A DNA stretch of 52,952 nt from Candidatus Fervidifonticultor secundus (lineage in GTDB: Bacteria; Sysuimicrobiota; Sysuimicrobiia; Sysuimicrobiales; Humicultoraceae): contig JAVKIP010000020.1 in the NCBI GenBank assembly GCA_031459385.1, positions 1-52,952 on the forward strand, in the 5' to 3' direction. Position numbers and translations under genes: made by a program. The notes under the pieces were generated by a model. It ran no database searches. It had not been told where the DNA came from and saw only the letters and a program-made list of their open reading frames with translations. Shown piece by piece: positions 28,725-38,193 of the stretch (position 1 is its first letter; each line of letters begins with the position of its first letter).

Positions 28725-29440
28725 GCGACCTGCTGACCGTCGAGAACGTCCCCACACGGGAGCTGGTGCTGCGCAAGCTGCGCGACGCGATCCTCGCCGG
28801 CCGGTTCCAACCCGGCGACCGGCTGGTGGAGCGCGAGCTGGTGGAGCGCATGGGCGTCAGCCGCACCCCGATCCGGGAAGCGCTGCGGATGCTGGAGCTC
28901 GAGGGCCTCGTCACCACCATCCCCTACCGCGGGCCCGTGGTGACCCGGCCCACCCTGGAGGACGCACAGGCGCTGTACGAAGTGCGGGCGGCGCTGGAAG
29001 GGCAGGCGGTGGCGCTGTTCACGCGGCGTGCCGACGCGGCCGCCATCGAACGGCTGCGCGGCCACCTGGCGGCGGCCGAGGCCGCCTGGACCCAGGGCGA
29101 CATCCCGGGGGTGGTGGCCGCCAACAACGCCTTCCACGACGAACTCGCCGCCGGCTGTGGCAACGCGCTGCTGCAGGCGCTGCTGGCGAACCTGCGCGCG
29201 CGCATCGTCCTGCTGCGGGTCGAGTCGCTGTCCTACCCCGGCCGCCCCCCGCACACCATCGCCGAGCACAAAGCCATCGTGCGCCACATCGCGCGGCGCG
29301 AGGCGGCGGCGGCCAAGCGTCTGAACGAGCGGCACATCATGCACGCCTGGCGCGCCGCGCGCGCGCAGCTGCAGGCGCGCCGCCCGTCCGCGGCCGCGAG
29401 CCCCGCCGCGGGAGAGGGCCCTGCACAGGTGGCGCCGTGA
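28721..29440 (+). CDS. GntR (FCD) family transcriptional regulator
   Basis: LRDAILAGRFQPGDRLVERELVERMGVSRTPIREAL; FCD NNAFH..GN, EH. Confidence 0.95.
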   Translation: MSDLLTVENVPTRELVLRKLRDAILAGRFQPGDRLVERELVERMGVSRTPIREALRMLELEGLVTTIPYRGPVVTRPTLEDAQALYEVRAALEGQAVALFTRRADAAAIERLRGHLAAAEAAWTQGDIPGVVAANNAFHDELAAGCGNALLQALLANLRARIVLLRVESLSYPGRPPHTIAEHKAIVRHIARREAAAAKRLNERHIMHAWRAARAQLQARRPSAAASPAAGEGPAQVAP

Positions 29441-30414
29441 GCGCCCACATGGCCCCCACCGCGCGCCGGATCATGGAGCAGGTCCTCGGCGTGCGCGAGG
29501 GCGAGCGGCTGCTGATCGTCACCGACTTTGAGCGCCCCCGCGCCATCACCGACCTGCTGGCCACCACCGGGGTGCTCTACGGCCTGGAGACCGTGGTGGT
29601 CACCATGCCCGCCCGCGAGATGGGCGGCGAAGAACCTCCGCCGGCGGTAGCCGCCGCGATGCGCGCGGCAGACGTCATCGTGATCCAGACCTCGCACTCC
29701 ATGACCCATACCAACGCCGAGCGGGACGCGCTGCGCGCCGGCGCCCGGGTCTGCAACATCCGCGAGGTCGACGAGGAGATGATGGTCCGCGGCGGGGTGA
29801 CCGCCGACTACGAGCAGGTGGACCGCATCACCCGGCGCGGCGTCGCGCTGCTGGCGGCGGCGGCGCGGGCACGCATCACCACGCCGGAGGGCACCGACCT
29901 GTCGCTGGACCTGACCGGCCGGCCGGCGTTCGCCCTCTCCGGCTTCGCGCGCCGGCCCGGGGAGTTCTCGGGACTCCCCGACGGCGAAGCGGCCATCGCG
30001 CCGCTCGAAGGCCGCACCGAGGGCGTGCTCGTGGCCCCCTACCTCGTCGAGAAGATCGGCCCGGTAACCGAGCCGTTCTGGCTCGAGGCGCGCGGCGGCC
30101 AGATCGTGCGCGTCGAGGGCGGCGCCCAGGCCCGGGCCCTGGCCGAGATCCTCGACCGCAAGGACCCCGGCGGCCGCAACTTCGCCGCCGAACTGGCCCT
30201 GGGCACCAACCCGGCGTGCCGGGTGATCCCCAAGAGCCGGGAGGTCAAGAAGCGCCTGGGCCAGGCGCACGTGGCCCTCGGCGACAACCTGAGTCTGGGT
30301 GGGGTCGTGGACAGCGCGATCCACCTGGACATCATCCTGCTGCAACCCACAGTGGTGCTGGACGATACCGTGGTCATCGAGCGCGGGCGGCCGGTATTCG
30401 CGGAAGACCTGTAG
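29437..30414 (+). CDS. M29 aminopeptidase / NicX-like metalloenzyme
   Basis: GERLLIVTD, EEPP, TPEGTDL, LPDGE, AELALGTNP, HVALGDN..GG...IHLD. Confidence 0.8.
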   Translation: MSAHMAPTARRIMEQVLGVREGERLLIVTDFERPRAITDLLATTGVLYGLETVVVTMPAREMGGEEPPPAVAAAMRAADVIVIQTSHSMTHTNAERDALRAGARVCNIREVDEEMMVRGGVTADYEQVDRITRRGVALLAAAARARITTPEGTDLSLDLTGRPAFALSGFARRPGEFSGLPDGEAAIAPLEGRTEGVLVAPYLVEKIGPVTEPFWLEARGGQIVRVEGGAQARALAEILDRKDPGGRNFAAELALGTNPACRVIPKSREVKKRLGQAHVALGDNLSLGGVVDSAIHLDIILLQPTVVLDDTVVIERGRPVFAEDL

Positions 30415-30474
30415 CGCGGCGGGGTCCCGGCCCCGGCGGCGCAGCGTGACATCATCCAGAAGGAGGGGAGCGAT

Positions 30475-31440
30475 ATGCGACGGACAGTCCGGCTGGCGGC
30501 GGCGGCCCTGGTCGCTGCGGTGGGGCTCGCCCTCGGCGGCGCAGCCTTCGGGCAGGGGACGTACCCCACCAAGCCCATCACGCTGGTCACCCACTCCAGC
30601 GTGGGCGCGGGCGGCGACATCTTCCTGCGCAACCTGGCCAAGCACCTGGAAGGCATCGTCACGGTGCCGATCGTCGTCGAGAACCGCCGGGGCGGCGCCT
30701 CGGCCACGGCGGTAACGTACGTGGCCACCAGCCCCACCGACGGCTACGTGCTGTACGGGTCTACCCCCACCATGCTGCAGACGCCGATGCTCACCAAGAC
30801 GCAGCACACCTACCTCGACCTGCAGCCCGTCGTCAACGTCTTCTTCGACCCGATGATCCTCTACGTGAAGGCCGACTCACCCTGGAAGACGCTGTCCGAC
30901 ATCGTCGCCGCCGCCAGGGCCAGGCCCGGGCAGATCCGCTTCGGCGCCGCGACGCCCGGGTCGGTCGAGCACATGATCGCCCATCAGATCCAGAAGGTGG
31001 CGAAGATCGCGGTGCAGCCGGTGACGTTCGAGGGCGGCGGCGACCTGCTGCTGGCGGTGCTGGGCGGGCACGTGGACCTGGGCGTCGGCGAGTACGCCGA
31101 GGTGGCGGCGCAGGTCGAGGCCCGGCAGGTGCGGGTCGTGGCGTCCTTCACCAGGGATCGACTCCCGCGGTCCACCATTCCCACCGCCACCGAGCAGGGC
31201 ACGCCCATCGTCGTCACCAAGTTCCGCGGCCTGCTGGGCCCCAAGGGCATGGACCCTCAGGCCGTCGCCTACTGGGAGCGCGCGGTCAAGCAAGTGCTGG
31301 AGAAGCCGGCGTACAAGCAGTACTATGAGTCGGTCTACCTGCTCGCCGGCTACATGGACCACCGGCAGTACCGCGCGTACCTGGACATGATGAACCAGAC
31401 CCTGCGACGCTACCTGAAGGAGATCGGGGTCCTGAAGTAG
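30475..31440 (+). CDS. tctC: Tripartite tricarboxylate transporter substrate-binding protein (TctC/Bug)
   Basis: Signal peptide; YPTKPITLV, GAGGD, VENRRGG, DGY, GGHVD. Confidence 0.92.
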   Translation: MRRTVRLAAAALVAAVGLALGGAAFGQGTYPTKPITLVTHSSVGAGGDIFLRNLAKHLEGIVTVPIVVENRRGGASATAVTYVATSPTDGYVLYGSTPTMLQTPMLTKTQHTYLDLQPVVNVFFDPMILYVKADSPWKTLSDIVAAARARPGQIRFGAATPGSVEHMIAHQIQKVAKIAVQPVTFEGGGDLLLAVLGGHVDLGVGEYAEVAAQVEARQVRVVASFTRDRLPRSTIPTATEQGTPIVVTKFRGLLGPKGMDPQAVAYWERAVKQVLEKPAYKQYYESVYLLAGYMDHRQYRAYLDMMNQTLRRYLKEIGVLK

Positions 31441-31459
31441 CGCCGGCCGGGGAGGCGCC

Positions 31460-31912
31460 ATGCGCCGCGCGGACCTGCTGATCGGGCTCGGCCTGCTGGC
31501 CTTTGCCGGCGCCTACTACCGGGCGTCGTTCGACATCGCCGTCGGCTTCGCGTCCGACCGGCTGGGCCCGACGTTCTTCCCGCGCCTGCTGGCGGGGGCG
31601 CTGGCGGTGTGCGCGGTGGCCCTGGTGGCGCGTGCGGCGCGCGGCCGGTCCGATCCCGGCCCGCTGCCGCCGGTCCGGCTGGGCACCCTGGCCCTCGTCG
31701 CGGCCCTCACGCTGGCTTACGGCCTCGCCCTGCGCCCGCTGGGGTACCCGCTGGCCACGGTGCTCTTCCTGGCGGCCGCGATCCGCTCGCTCGGCCACCG
31801 CGACCTCCGCACGCTGGCCGGTACCGCCGTGGGAGTTACCCTCGCGCTCTACCTGGTCTTCGCGCGGGCGCTGCACGTGCTGGTCCCCATGGGCCCGCTG
31901 GGAGGCCGGTGA
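31460..31912 (+). CDS. tctB: Tripartite tricarboxylate transporter TctB
   Basis: LGPTFFP, about 4-5 TM segments, position between tctC and tctA. Confidence 0.88.
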   Translation: MRRADLLIGLGLLAFAGAYYRASFDIAVGFASDRLGPTFFPRLLAGALAVCAVALVARAARGRSDPGPLPPVRLGTLALVAALTLAYGLALRPLGYPLATVLFLAAAIRSLGHRDLRTLAGTAVGVTLALYLVFARALHVLVPMGPLGGR

Positions 31913-33414
31913 TGCTCGAGCGGTTCGCGCTGGGCGCCGCGCTGGCGTTCCAGCCGCTTGCGCTCCTCATGATGCTCTTCGGCGTGGCCTGGGGCATCGT
32001 GGGCGGCGCGCTGCCGGGGATCTCGGGCTCCATCGCCATGGCGCTCCTGTTGCCCCTGACCTTCGGCATGTCCCCCGGGGTGGCGCTCATGATGCTGGCC
32101 GGCGTCTACATCGGCGCCATGTACGGCGGCTCCATCACCGCGATCCTGATCCGCACGCCCGGCACGCCCGGGGCCGCCGCCACGGTCATCGACGGGTACG
32201 AACTGCACCGGCGCGGTCTGTCGGGCAAGGCGCTGGGCGTCTCGCTCGTCACCGGCACCGTCGGCGGCCTGGCCAGCGTCGTCATCCTGGTGGCGTTCGC
32301 GGTGCCCCTCTCGAAGATCGCGCTGGCCTTCGGCCCGCCGGAGTACTTCGCGCTGGGCGTCTTCGGCCTGGCCCTGATCAGCTCGTTCGTCGGACGCGAC
32401 CTGCTGAAAGGCGCCGTCTCCGGGCTGCTGGGGCTCATCGTGGCCACGGCCGGCACCGACCCCTTTTCGGGCACGCCGCGGTTCATCTTCGGTGGCACCG
32501 ACCTGCTGACGGGGGTGGAGATCGCCGCGGGCATGATCGGCCTGTTCGCCGTCTCGGAGATCTTCCACCAGATCGCCGAGGGCGGCGCGTGGGAGACGAT
32601 CAAGGGCAAGGTCACCACGGCGCTGCCGACCTGGGCCGAGCTCGTGCGGCTGCGGGTGGCCATGCTGGTGGGCATCGTCATGGGCACCATCGAGGGACTG
32701 CTGCCGGGCGGCGGCGGGGCTATCGCCGCGTTCATCTCGTACAACGAGGCCAAGCGCTGGTCCAGGCATCCGGAGGAGTTCGGCCAGGGGTCGCTGGAGG
32801 GTATCGCGGCGCCCGAGACCGCCAACAACGTCGTCACCGGCACCGCCCTCATCCCGCTGCTGACGTTCGGGATTCCCGGGTCCAACTCGGCCGCGATCAT
32901 GCTGGCGGCCATGATGCTGCACGGCATCGCGCCTGGCCCGCAGCTGTTCGAGCGCAACCCCCAGCTGGTCTACGGGCTGTTCGTGGGGCTGCTGGTCGCC
33001 AACGTGATGATGCTCGGGCTGGGTCTGTTGGCCCTGCGCCCCTCCATCGCCGTGGTGAACGTGCAGCGGCCGCTACTCTTCGCATCGATCCTGGCCCTGG
33101 TCTTGGTCGGCGCCTATTCCATCAGCAACCGCATGTTCGAGGTCTGGGTGGTCCTGGTCATGGGCCTGGTGGGCTACGGCATGCGCCGGTTCGGTTTCAA
33201 CATCCTGGCGATGGTGCTGGGCCTGGTGCTCGGGTTCCTGGTGGAGGTGAACCTGCGGCGCAGCCTGCTCATCTCGCTGGGCAACCCCTGGGTCTTCTTC
33301 ACTCGTCCGATCTCGCTGGTGTTGCTGCTCTTCGCGCTGCTGACGCTGCTTTGGCCCATCGTCCGCCGCGCGCGCGACGACCAGGCCACCCGGCGCGCGG
33401 CGGCGGCCGCGTAG
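31912..33414 (+). CDS. tctA: Tripartite tricarboxylate transporter TctA
   Basis: GALPG, YGGSITAILIRTPGTP, DGY, FGPPEYF, PETANN, GIPG. Confidence 0.95.
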   Translation: MLERFALGAALAFQPLALLMMLFGVAWGIVGGALPGISGSIAMALLLPLTFGMSPGVALMMLAGVYIGAMYGGSITAILIRTPGTPGAAATVIDGYELHRRGLSGKALGVSLVTGTVGGLASVVILVAFAVPLSKIALAFGPPEYFALGVFGLALISSFVGRDLLKGAVSGLLGLIVATAGTDPFSGTPRFIFGGTDLLTGVEIAAGMIGLFAVSEIFHQIAEGGAWETIKGKVTTALPTWAELVRLRVAMLVGIVMGTIEGLLPGGGGAIAAFISYNEAKRWSRHPEEFGQGSLEGIAAPETANNVVTGTALIPLLTFGIPGSNSAAIMLAAMMLHGIAPGPQLFERNPQLVYGLFVGLLVANVMMLGLGLLALRPSIAVVNVQRPLLFASILALVLVGAYSISNRMFEVWVVLVMGLVGYGMRRFGFNILAMVLGLVLGFLVEVNLRRSLLISLGNPWVFFTRPISLVLLLFALLTLLWPIVRRARDDQATRRAAAAA

Positions 33415-33418
33415 TCCC

Positions 33419-34195
33419 GTGGACCTGGGCCTGCGGGACAGCGCCGTCCTCCTGGTGGGCGGTACACGGGGCATCGGCCGCGAAGTCGCGCGCCTGCTGG
33501 GCGCCGAGGGCGCGCGGGTGGCGCTGGTCAGCCGGGACGCCGCCGCGCTGGAGGCCGCGATCCGGGACGTGTCCGCGGCCGGCGGCACGGCGCGGGCGTA
33601 TGCTGCCGACGTCACCGATGCGGCGCAGGCCGCCCGGGCCGTCGCGGAAGCGGTGGCGTGGCTCGGCGCGGTGGACGCCTACGTCCACGTCGCCGGCCGG
33701 GGGATCCGCGGGGCGTTCATCGTCCTCGACGACGCCACGTGGCGCGACGCCTTTGAGCTCAACGTCCTGGCGGTGGTGCGCATGGTCCGGCTCGTCGTGC
33801 CCCACATGCGCCGCGGCGGCCGCATCGTGCTCCTGGGCGCCGCGTCGGCCAAATCCCCGCACTTCCGGCAGGCGCCCTCGAACGCGGCCAAGGCCGCCCT
33901 GGCGAACCTCACGACCTCGCTGGCCGCGGAACTGGCGCCCGACCTGGTGGTCAACTGCGTGGCGCCGGGCCGCATCCTCACCGAGCGACGTCGCGCGCGC
34001 GCTGCGGCCGAGGCGGCGGCCGCGGGCATCACGTTGGAGGAGTGGCTGCGGCACGACGCCGCGCCGGTACCGCTACGCCGCCACGGCGAGCCACGCGAGG
34101 TGGCCGGCGTCGTCGTCTTCTTCGCCTCGCCCTGGGCCTCGTACACCACCGGCCAGTCCATCATCGTCGACGGCGGTCTCGTCCGTTCGGTGTGA
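33419..34195 (+). CDS. SDR-family oxidoreductase (SNxxK variant)
   Basis: GGTRGIG, VNCVAPG, YTTGQSIIVDGG. Confidence 0.9.
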   Translation: MDLGLRDSAVLLVGGTRGIGREVARLLGAEGARVALVSRDAAALEAAIRDVSAAGGTARAYAADVTDAAQAARAVAEAVAWLGAVDAYVHVAGRGIRGAFIVLDDATWRDAFELNVLAVVRMVRLVVPHMRRGGRIVLLGAASAKSPHFRQAPSNAAKAALANLTTSLAAELAPDLVVNCVAPGRILTERRRARAAAEAAAAGITLEEWLRHDAAPVPLRRHGEPREVAGVVVFFASPWASYTTGQSIIVDGGLVRSV

Positions 34196-35649
34196 CGCCG
34201 CCCCCCGAGGCCGCCAGCGAGGTCCTGCCCGCCAACGACGCCACCGCGCGTCGGTCGCGGTGGCCCGCGGTGGTGTGGACGGGCGCGATCGTGCTGTTCG
34301 TGATCGCGGGGCTGGCGCCCGTCCCGCCCGGCCTCACCCGGTCCGGCGCGTTGGCGCTGGCGGCGGTGGGCGCCGCTGTGGCCTTCTGGGCCAGCGGCGT
34401 GCAGGACCCCGCCATGACCGGGCTCCTGATCGTCTCGGTCCTGGCGCTGCTGCGCGTCGTGTCGTTCGAGCAGGCGGTGGCAGGGTTCGGCGCCGAGTTC
34501 GTGTGGCTGCTGGCGGCGACGTTCATCCTGGCCCAGGGCATGGCCGACTCGGGCCTCGGGCGCCGCATCGCCCTGGGCATGCTGCGCCTGGCCGGCGGGC
34601 GGGCATCGCTGGTGCTGCTGGCGCTGTTGGGCGTGGTGGTCGTGCTCTCGTTCATGGTGCCCACCGCGGCCGGCCGCATCTCGATGGTGCTGCCGATCTG
34701 CCTGGGCATCGCGCAGGCCGCGGGCATCGCGCCGCCGTCGAACTTCGCCCGGGCGATGCTGATCGGCACCTCGCATACGACCATCATGGCCGGTATCGGC
34801 GTCGTCACCGGCGCGGGTGCCACCGTCTACGCCGCCGGCGCGTTCGCGAACCTCGCCGGCCACCGGTGGACGTACCTGGGCTGGATGGCGGCGTTCTTCC
34901 CGCCGGTGGTAGGCTTCGTGCTGGTGCTCTGGCGCCTGCTGCTCCGCGTCTTCCCGCCCGAGCGCGATGATCTCACCGGCGGCGCCGCCTACGTGCGCGA
35001 CGAACTCCGGCGCCTGGGCGCGCTGGGGGCCACCGAGCGGAAGATGCTCGCCGTCTTCGCCGGCATGTACGTGCTGTGGATCGTCGGCCCCCGCTGGCAG
35101 ATCACCACGGCGCAGGCCGGCCTGCTCGGCGCCCTGACCCTGGTGCTACCGGGGATGCGGGTGCTGTCCTGGGAACGGGCCCTGGGCGCCGTCAAGTGGA
35201 ACGTGGTGATCCTGTTCGCGGTCTCGCTCACCCTGGCCCGCGCACTGGAGTCTTCTGGCGCCGGCGCGTGGCTCGCGGCGTCGGCGCTCGGGCTGCTGGC
35301 GCGCCCCTCGCCGGCCGCCGTGCTGGCGGTGCTCGCGCCGCTCATCGTGCTGCTCCGCGTGGGGTTCGTGAACAACCTGGGCATGATCGCCCTGGGCCTG
35401 CCGCTGGCGTTCGCGCTGGCGCGGGGGTGGGGCCTGGACCCGGTCTGGGTCGGGCTGATCGTGGTGATGACCGCGGGCCCTGGCTTCCTGCTGCCGACCC
35501 AGACGCCGACGGGCATGATCACCATCGGGTACGAGTACTACACGACCCGCGACTACCTGCGTTCGGGCCTGCCGGCATCGCTGGCGCTGCTGGTGCTGGT
35601 GGCGGTCTGCGCGCTGGCGTACTGGCCGCTGCTGGGGTGGAGACCGTGA
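34192..35649 (+). CDS. SLC13/DASS-family anion:cation symporter
   Basis: SGLGRRIA, VPTAAGR, KWNVVILF, LPTQTP; many TM segments. Confidence 0.87.
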   Translation: MTPPPEAASEVLPANDATARRSRWPAVVWTGAIVLFVIAGLAPVPPGLTRSGALALAAVGAAVAFWASGVQDPAMTGLLIVSVLALLRVVSFEQAVAGFGAEFVWLLAATFILAQGMADSGLGRRIALGMLRLAGGRASLVLLALLGVVVVLSFMVPTAAGRISMVLPICLGIAQAAGIAPPSNFARAMLIGTSHTTIMAGIGVVTGAGATVYAAGAFANLAGHRWTYLGWMAAFFPPVVGFVLVLWRLLLRVFPPERDDLTGGAAYVRDELRRLGALGATERKMLAVFAGMYVLWIVGPRWQITTAQAGLLGALTLVLPGMRVLSWERALGAVKWNVVILFAVSLTLARALESSGAGAWLAASALGLLARPSPAAVLAVLAPLIVLLRVGFVNNLGMIALGLPLAFALARGWGLDPVWVGLIVVMTAGPGFLLPTQTPTGMITIGYEYYTTRDYLRSGLPASLALLVLVAVCALAYWPLLGWRP

Positions 35650-35656
35650 GTCGCTG

Positions 35657-35732
35657 TGGTGGCCCCAGGGGGATTCGAACCCCCGTTTCGGCCTTGAGAG
35701 GGCCGCGTCCTGGTCCCCTAGACGATGGGGCC
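35657..35732 (-). tRNA. tRNA-Glu (anticodon CTC), CCA encoded
   Basis: Minus strand GGCCCCATCGTCTAGGGGACCAGGACGCGGCC-CTCTCAA-GGCCGAAACGGGGGTTCGAATCCCCCTGGGGCCACCA forms a full cloverleaf. Confidence 0.98.
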
Positions 35733-35752
35733 GTGCCGCGTCAGACCGGTTC

Positions 35753-35781
35753 ATTATACGAGACGCGGTGTGGAGTGACAA
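35753..35781 (-). promoter_or_regulatory. Sigma70-type promoter of tRNA-Glu
   Basis: TTGTCA-N17-TATAAT on the minus strand, just upstream of the tRNA. Confidence 0.85.
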
Positions 35782-35968
35782 GGCGCGTCCGACGCGCGTC
35801 GTGCGTGGCGGCGCCGCGCCGCCAGGCCATGCCCTGACAGGAACCCAGGACCGTCCGGAGAATACCCCACCGGTCCGGTCGTCGAACGCCCGTCCGTAGC
35901 GCAGGGTCGGCAGAACGCAGACGCCGGCTTCCTCCGGGACGAGGGCACGCCTCACGACGGAGCACGGG

Positions 35969-36607
<639 letters not shown>

Positions 36608-36610
36608 GCC

Positions 36611-38185
36611 ATGGGCGTCTCCTGTATCATCGCCGCGTACAACGAGGAGTGCCGGATCGCGGGCGTCCTGGCCGCGGCGCGCCGCGTGCGCGAGGTCACG
36701 GAGATCATCGTCGTCTCCGACGGGTCGACCGACCGCACCGCCGAGGCCGCGGCGGCCTCCGGGGCCGACCTGGTGGTGACGCTGCCGAGGAACCTGGGGA
36801 AAGGCGGCGCCATCATGGCGGGGGCGCGCCGCGCCAGCGAGCCCGTCCTGCTCCTGCTGGACGCCGACCTGGCCAACCTCAACCCCGCCGAGATCTCGGC
36901 CCTCATCGCGCCCGTCCTGCACCAGGGCCGGGACATGGCCCTGGGCGTGCTGGCCCGGGATCTCCTGCAGGCGGTGCTGCCGCAGCTCTCGGGGATCCGC
37001 GTCGTACGCCGCGACGCGCTCCTGGCGCACCCCCACCTGGCCCTCACACGGTTCGGGTTCGAACGGGCGCTGACCGAGTTGGGGCGCCGCGCGCGGTGGA
37101 CCGTCGCCCGGGTGCCGCTCACCGGGGTCGTGCATCCGACGAAAGAGCAAAAGTACGGACTGGTCCAGGGCTACCAGGGCAAGGTGCGCATGACGCTGGA
37201 GATCCTGGCGCCGCACCGGCGACGCCGCCGTGGCGCCGGGCCCGTGCGCCGGGGCGTCCTGGTGGCGACCGGGCTGGTCGTCGTGCTGGGGTATCTGTCC
37301 ATGGGACTGTTCGCGACGTCACGTGCCATCGGCAGTCAGCTGGAGCCGTTTCCGGAGCCCGCGCCGGGCGACCGGGTCTTGATCGTCGCCGCGCACGCGG
37401 ACGACGAGATGCTGGCGGCGGGCGGGTTGATGCAGCGCGTGCTGGCCGTCGGCGGCGAGGTCTACGTGGTCTTCGCCACCAACGGCGACGGCAACCGGCT
37501 GGCCGCGGCCATCGGCGGACGGCGCCTGATCCCGCGGCCCGCCGACTTCATCGCCGAGGGCATGGAGCGCCAGCGGGAAGCGCAGCGGGCGCTGGGCCGA
37601 CTGGGCATTCCGCAGGGGCACCTCTTCTTCCTCGGCTACCCTGACCGGGGCCTCATGGCGCTGGCCCGGCAGCGCCGCGCGCGCTCCCGGCCGTTCGTCT
37701 CGCCTTTCACCAGGACCGCGCGGTCGCCCTACCCGCTGGCGTTTCGCCCCAACGCCCTCTACACGGGCGACGACCTCCAGCACGATCTGGAGACGATCCT
37801 GCTCATGGTGCGCCCGACCGTGATCCTCACGCACCACCCGGCCGACCGGCACCCGGACCATCAGGCGCTCTTCCAGTTCATCCTCATGGGCCTGCGCGCG
37901 CTGGAGCACCACGCGCTGGAACCATGGCCCCGAGTCTACACCTACCTGGTGCACGCGTGGGACTACCCCCGGCCGCTGCGCTACGCGCCGGAGGCCGACC
38001 TGCTGCCGCCGAAGTCGCTGCGCGACGGGTACCGCTGGCTGCGCTTCGACCTGCGGGCCGACGAGCTGGCCGCCAAGCAGGCCGCCATCCGCGACTACAA
38101 GACCCAGATGGAGAGCCCTTACCTGCGACTGCTGCTGTCGAGCTTCATCCGCCAGAACGAGCTCTTCGCGGTCGCCGAGCCATAA
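36611..38185 (+). CDS. Fusion protein: GT2 glycosyltransferase, TM helix, PIG-L/LmbE family deacetylase
   Basis: IIAAYNEE, SDGSTD, NLGKGGA, LDAD; TM segment GVLVATGLVVVLGYLSMGLF; then AHADDE, TNGD, R..EA, LGYPD, HPDH. Confidence 0.88.
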   Translation: MGVSCIIAAYNEECRIAGVLAAARRVREVTEIIVVSDGSTDRTAEAAAASGADLVVTLPRNLGKGGAIMAGARRASEPVLLLLDADLANLNPAEISALIAPVLHQGRDMALGVLARDLLQAVLPQLSGIRVVRRDALLAHPHLALTRFGFERALTELGRRARWTVARVPLTGVVHPTKEQKYGLVQGYQGKVRMTLEILAPHRRRRRGAGPVRRGVLVATGLVVVLGYLSMGLFATSRAIGSQLEPFPEPAPGDRVLIVAAHADDEMLAAGGLMQRVLAVGGEVYVVFATNGDGNRLAAAIGGRRLIPRPADFIAEGMERQREAQRALGRLGIPQGHLFFLGYPDRGLMALARQRRARSRPFVSPFTRTARSPYPLAFRPNALYTGDDLQHDLETILLMVRPTVILTHHPADRHPDHQALFQFILMGLRALEHHALEPWPRVYTYLVHAWDYPRPLRYAPEADLLPPKSLRDGYRWLRFDLRADELAAKQAAIRDYKTQMESPYLRLLLSSFIRQNELFAVAEP

Positions 38186-38193
38186 CCGCCCGC

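Noticed and set aside
31503..34970. 1155-aa ORF spanning tctB to the DASS gene
   Set aside because: Off-frame shadow of four well-supported genes; Arg/Ala/Pro-rich with no motifs, as expected at this GC content
21554..35732. Integrative element at tRNA-Glu
   Set aside because: No integrase and no duplicated tRNA 3' end found by eye
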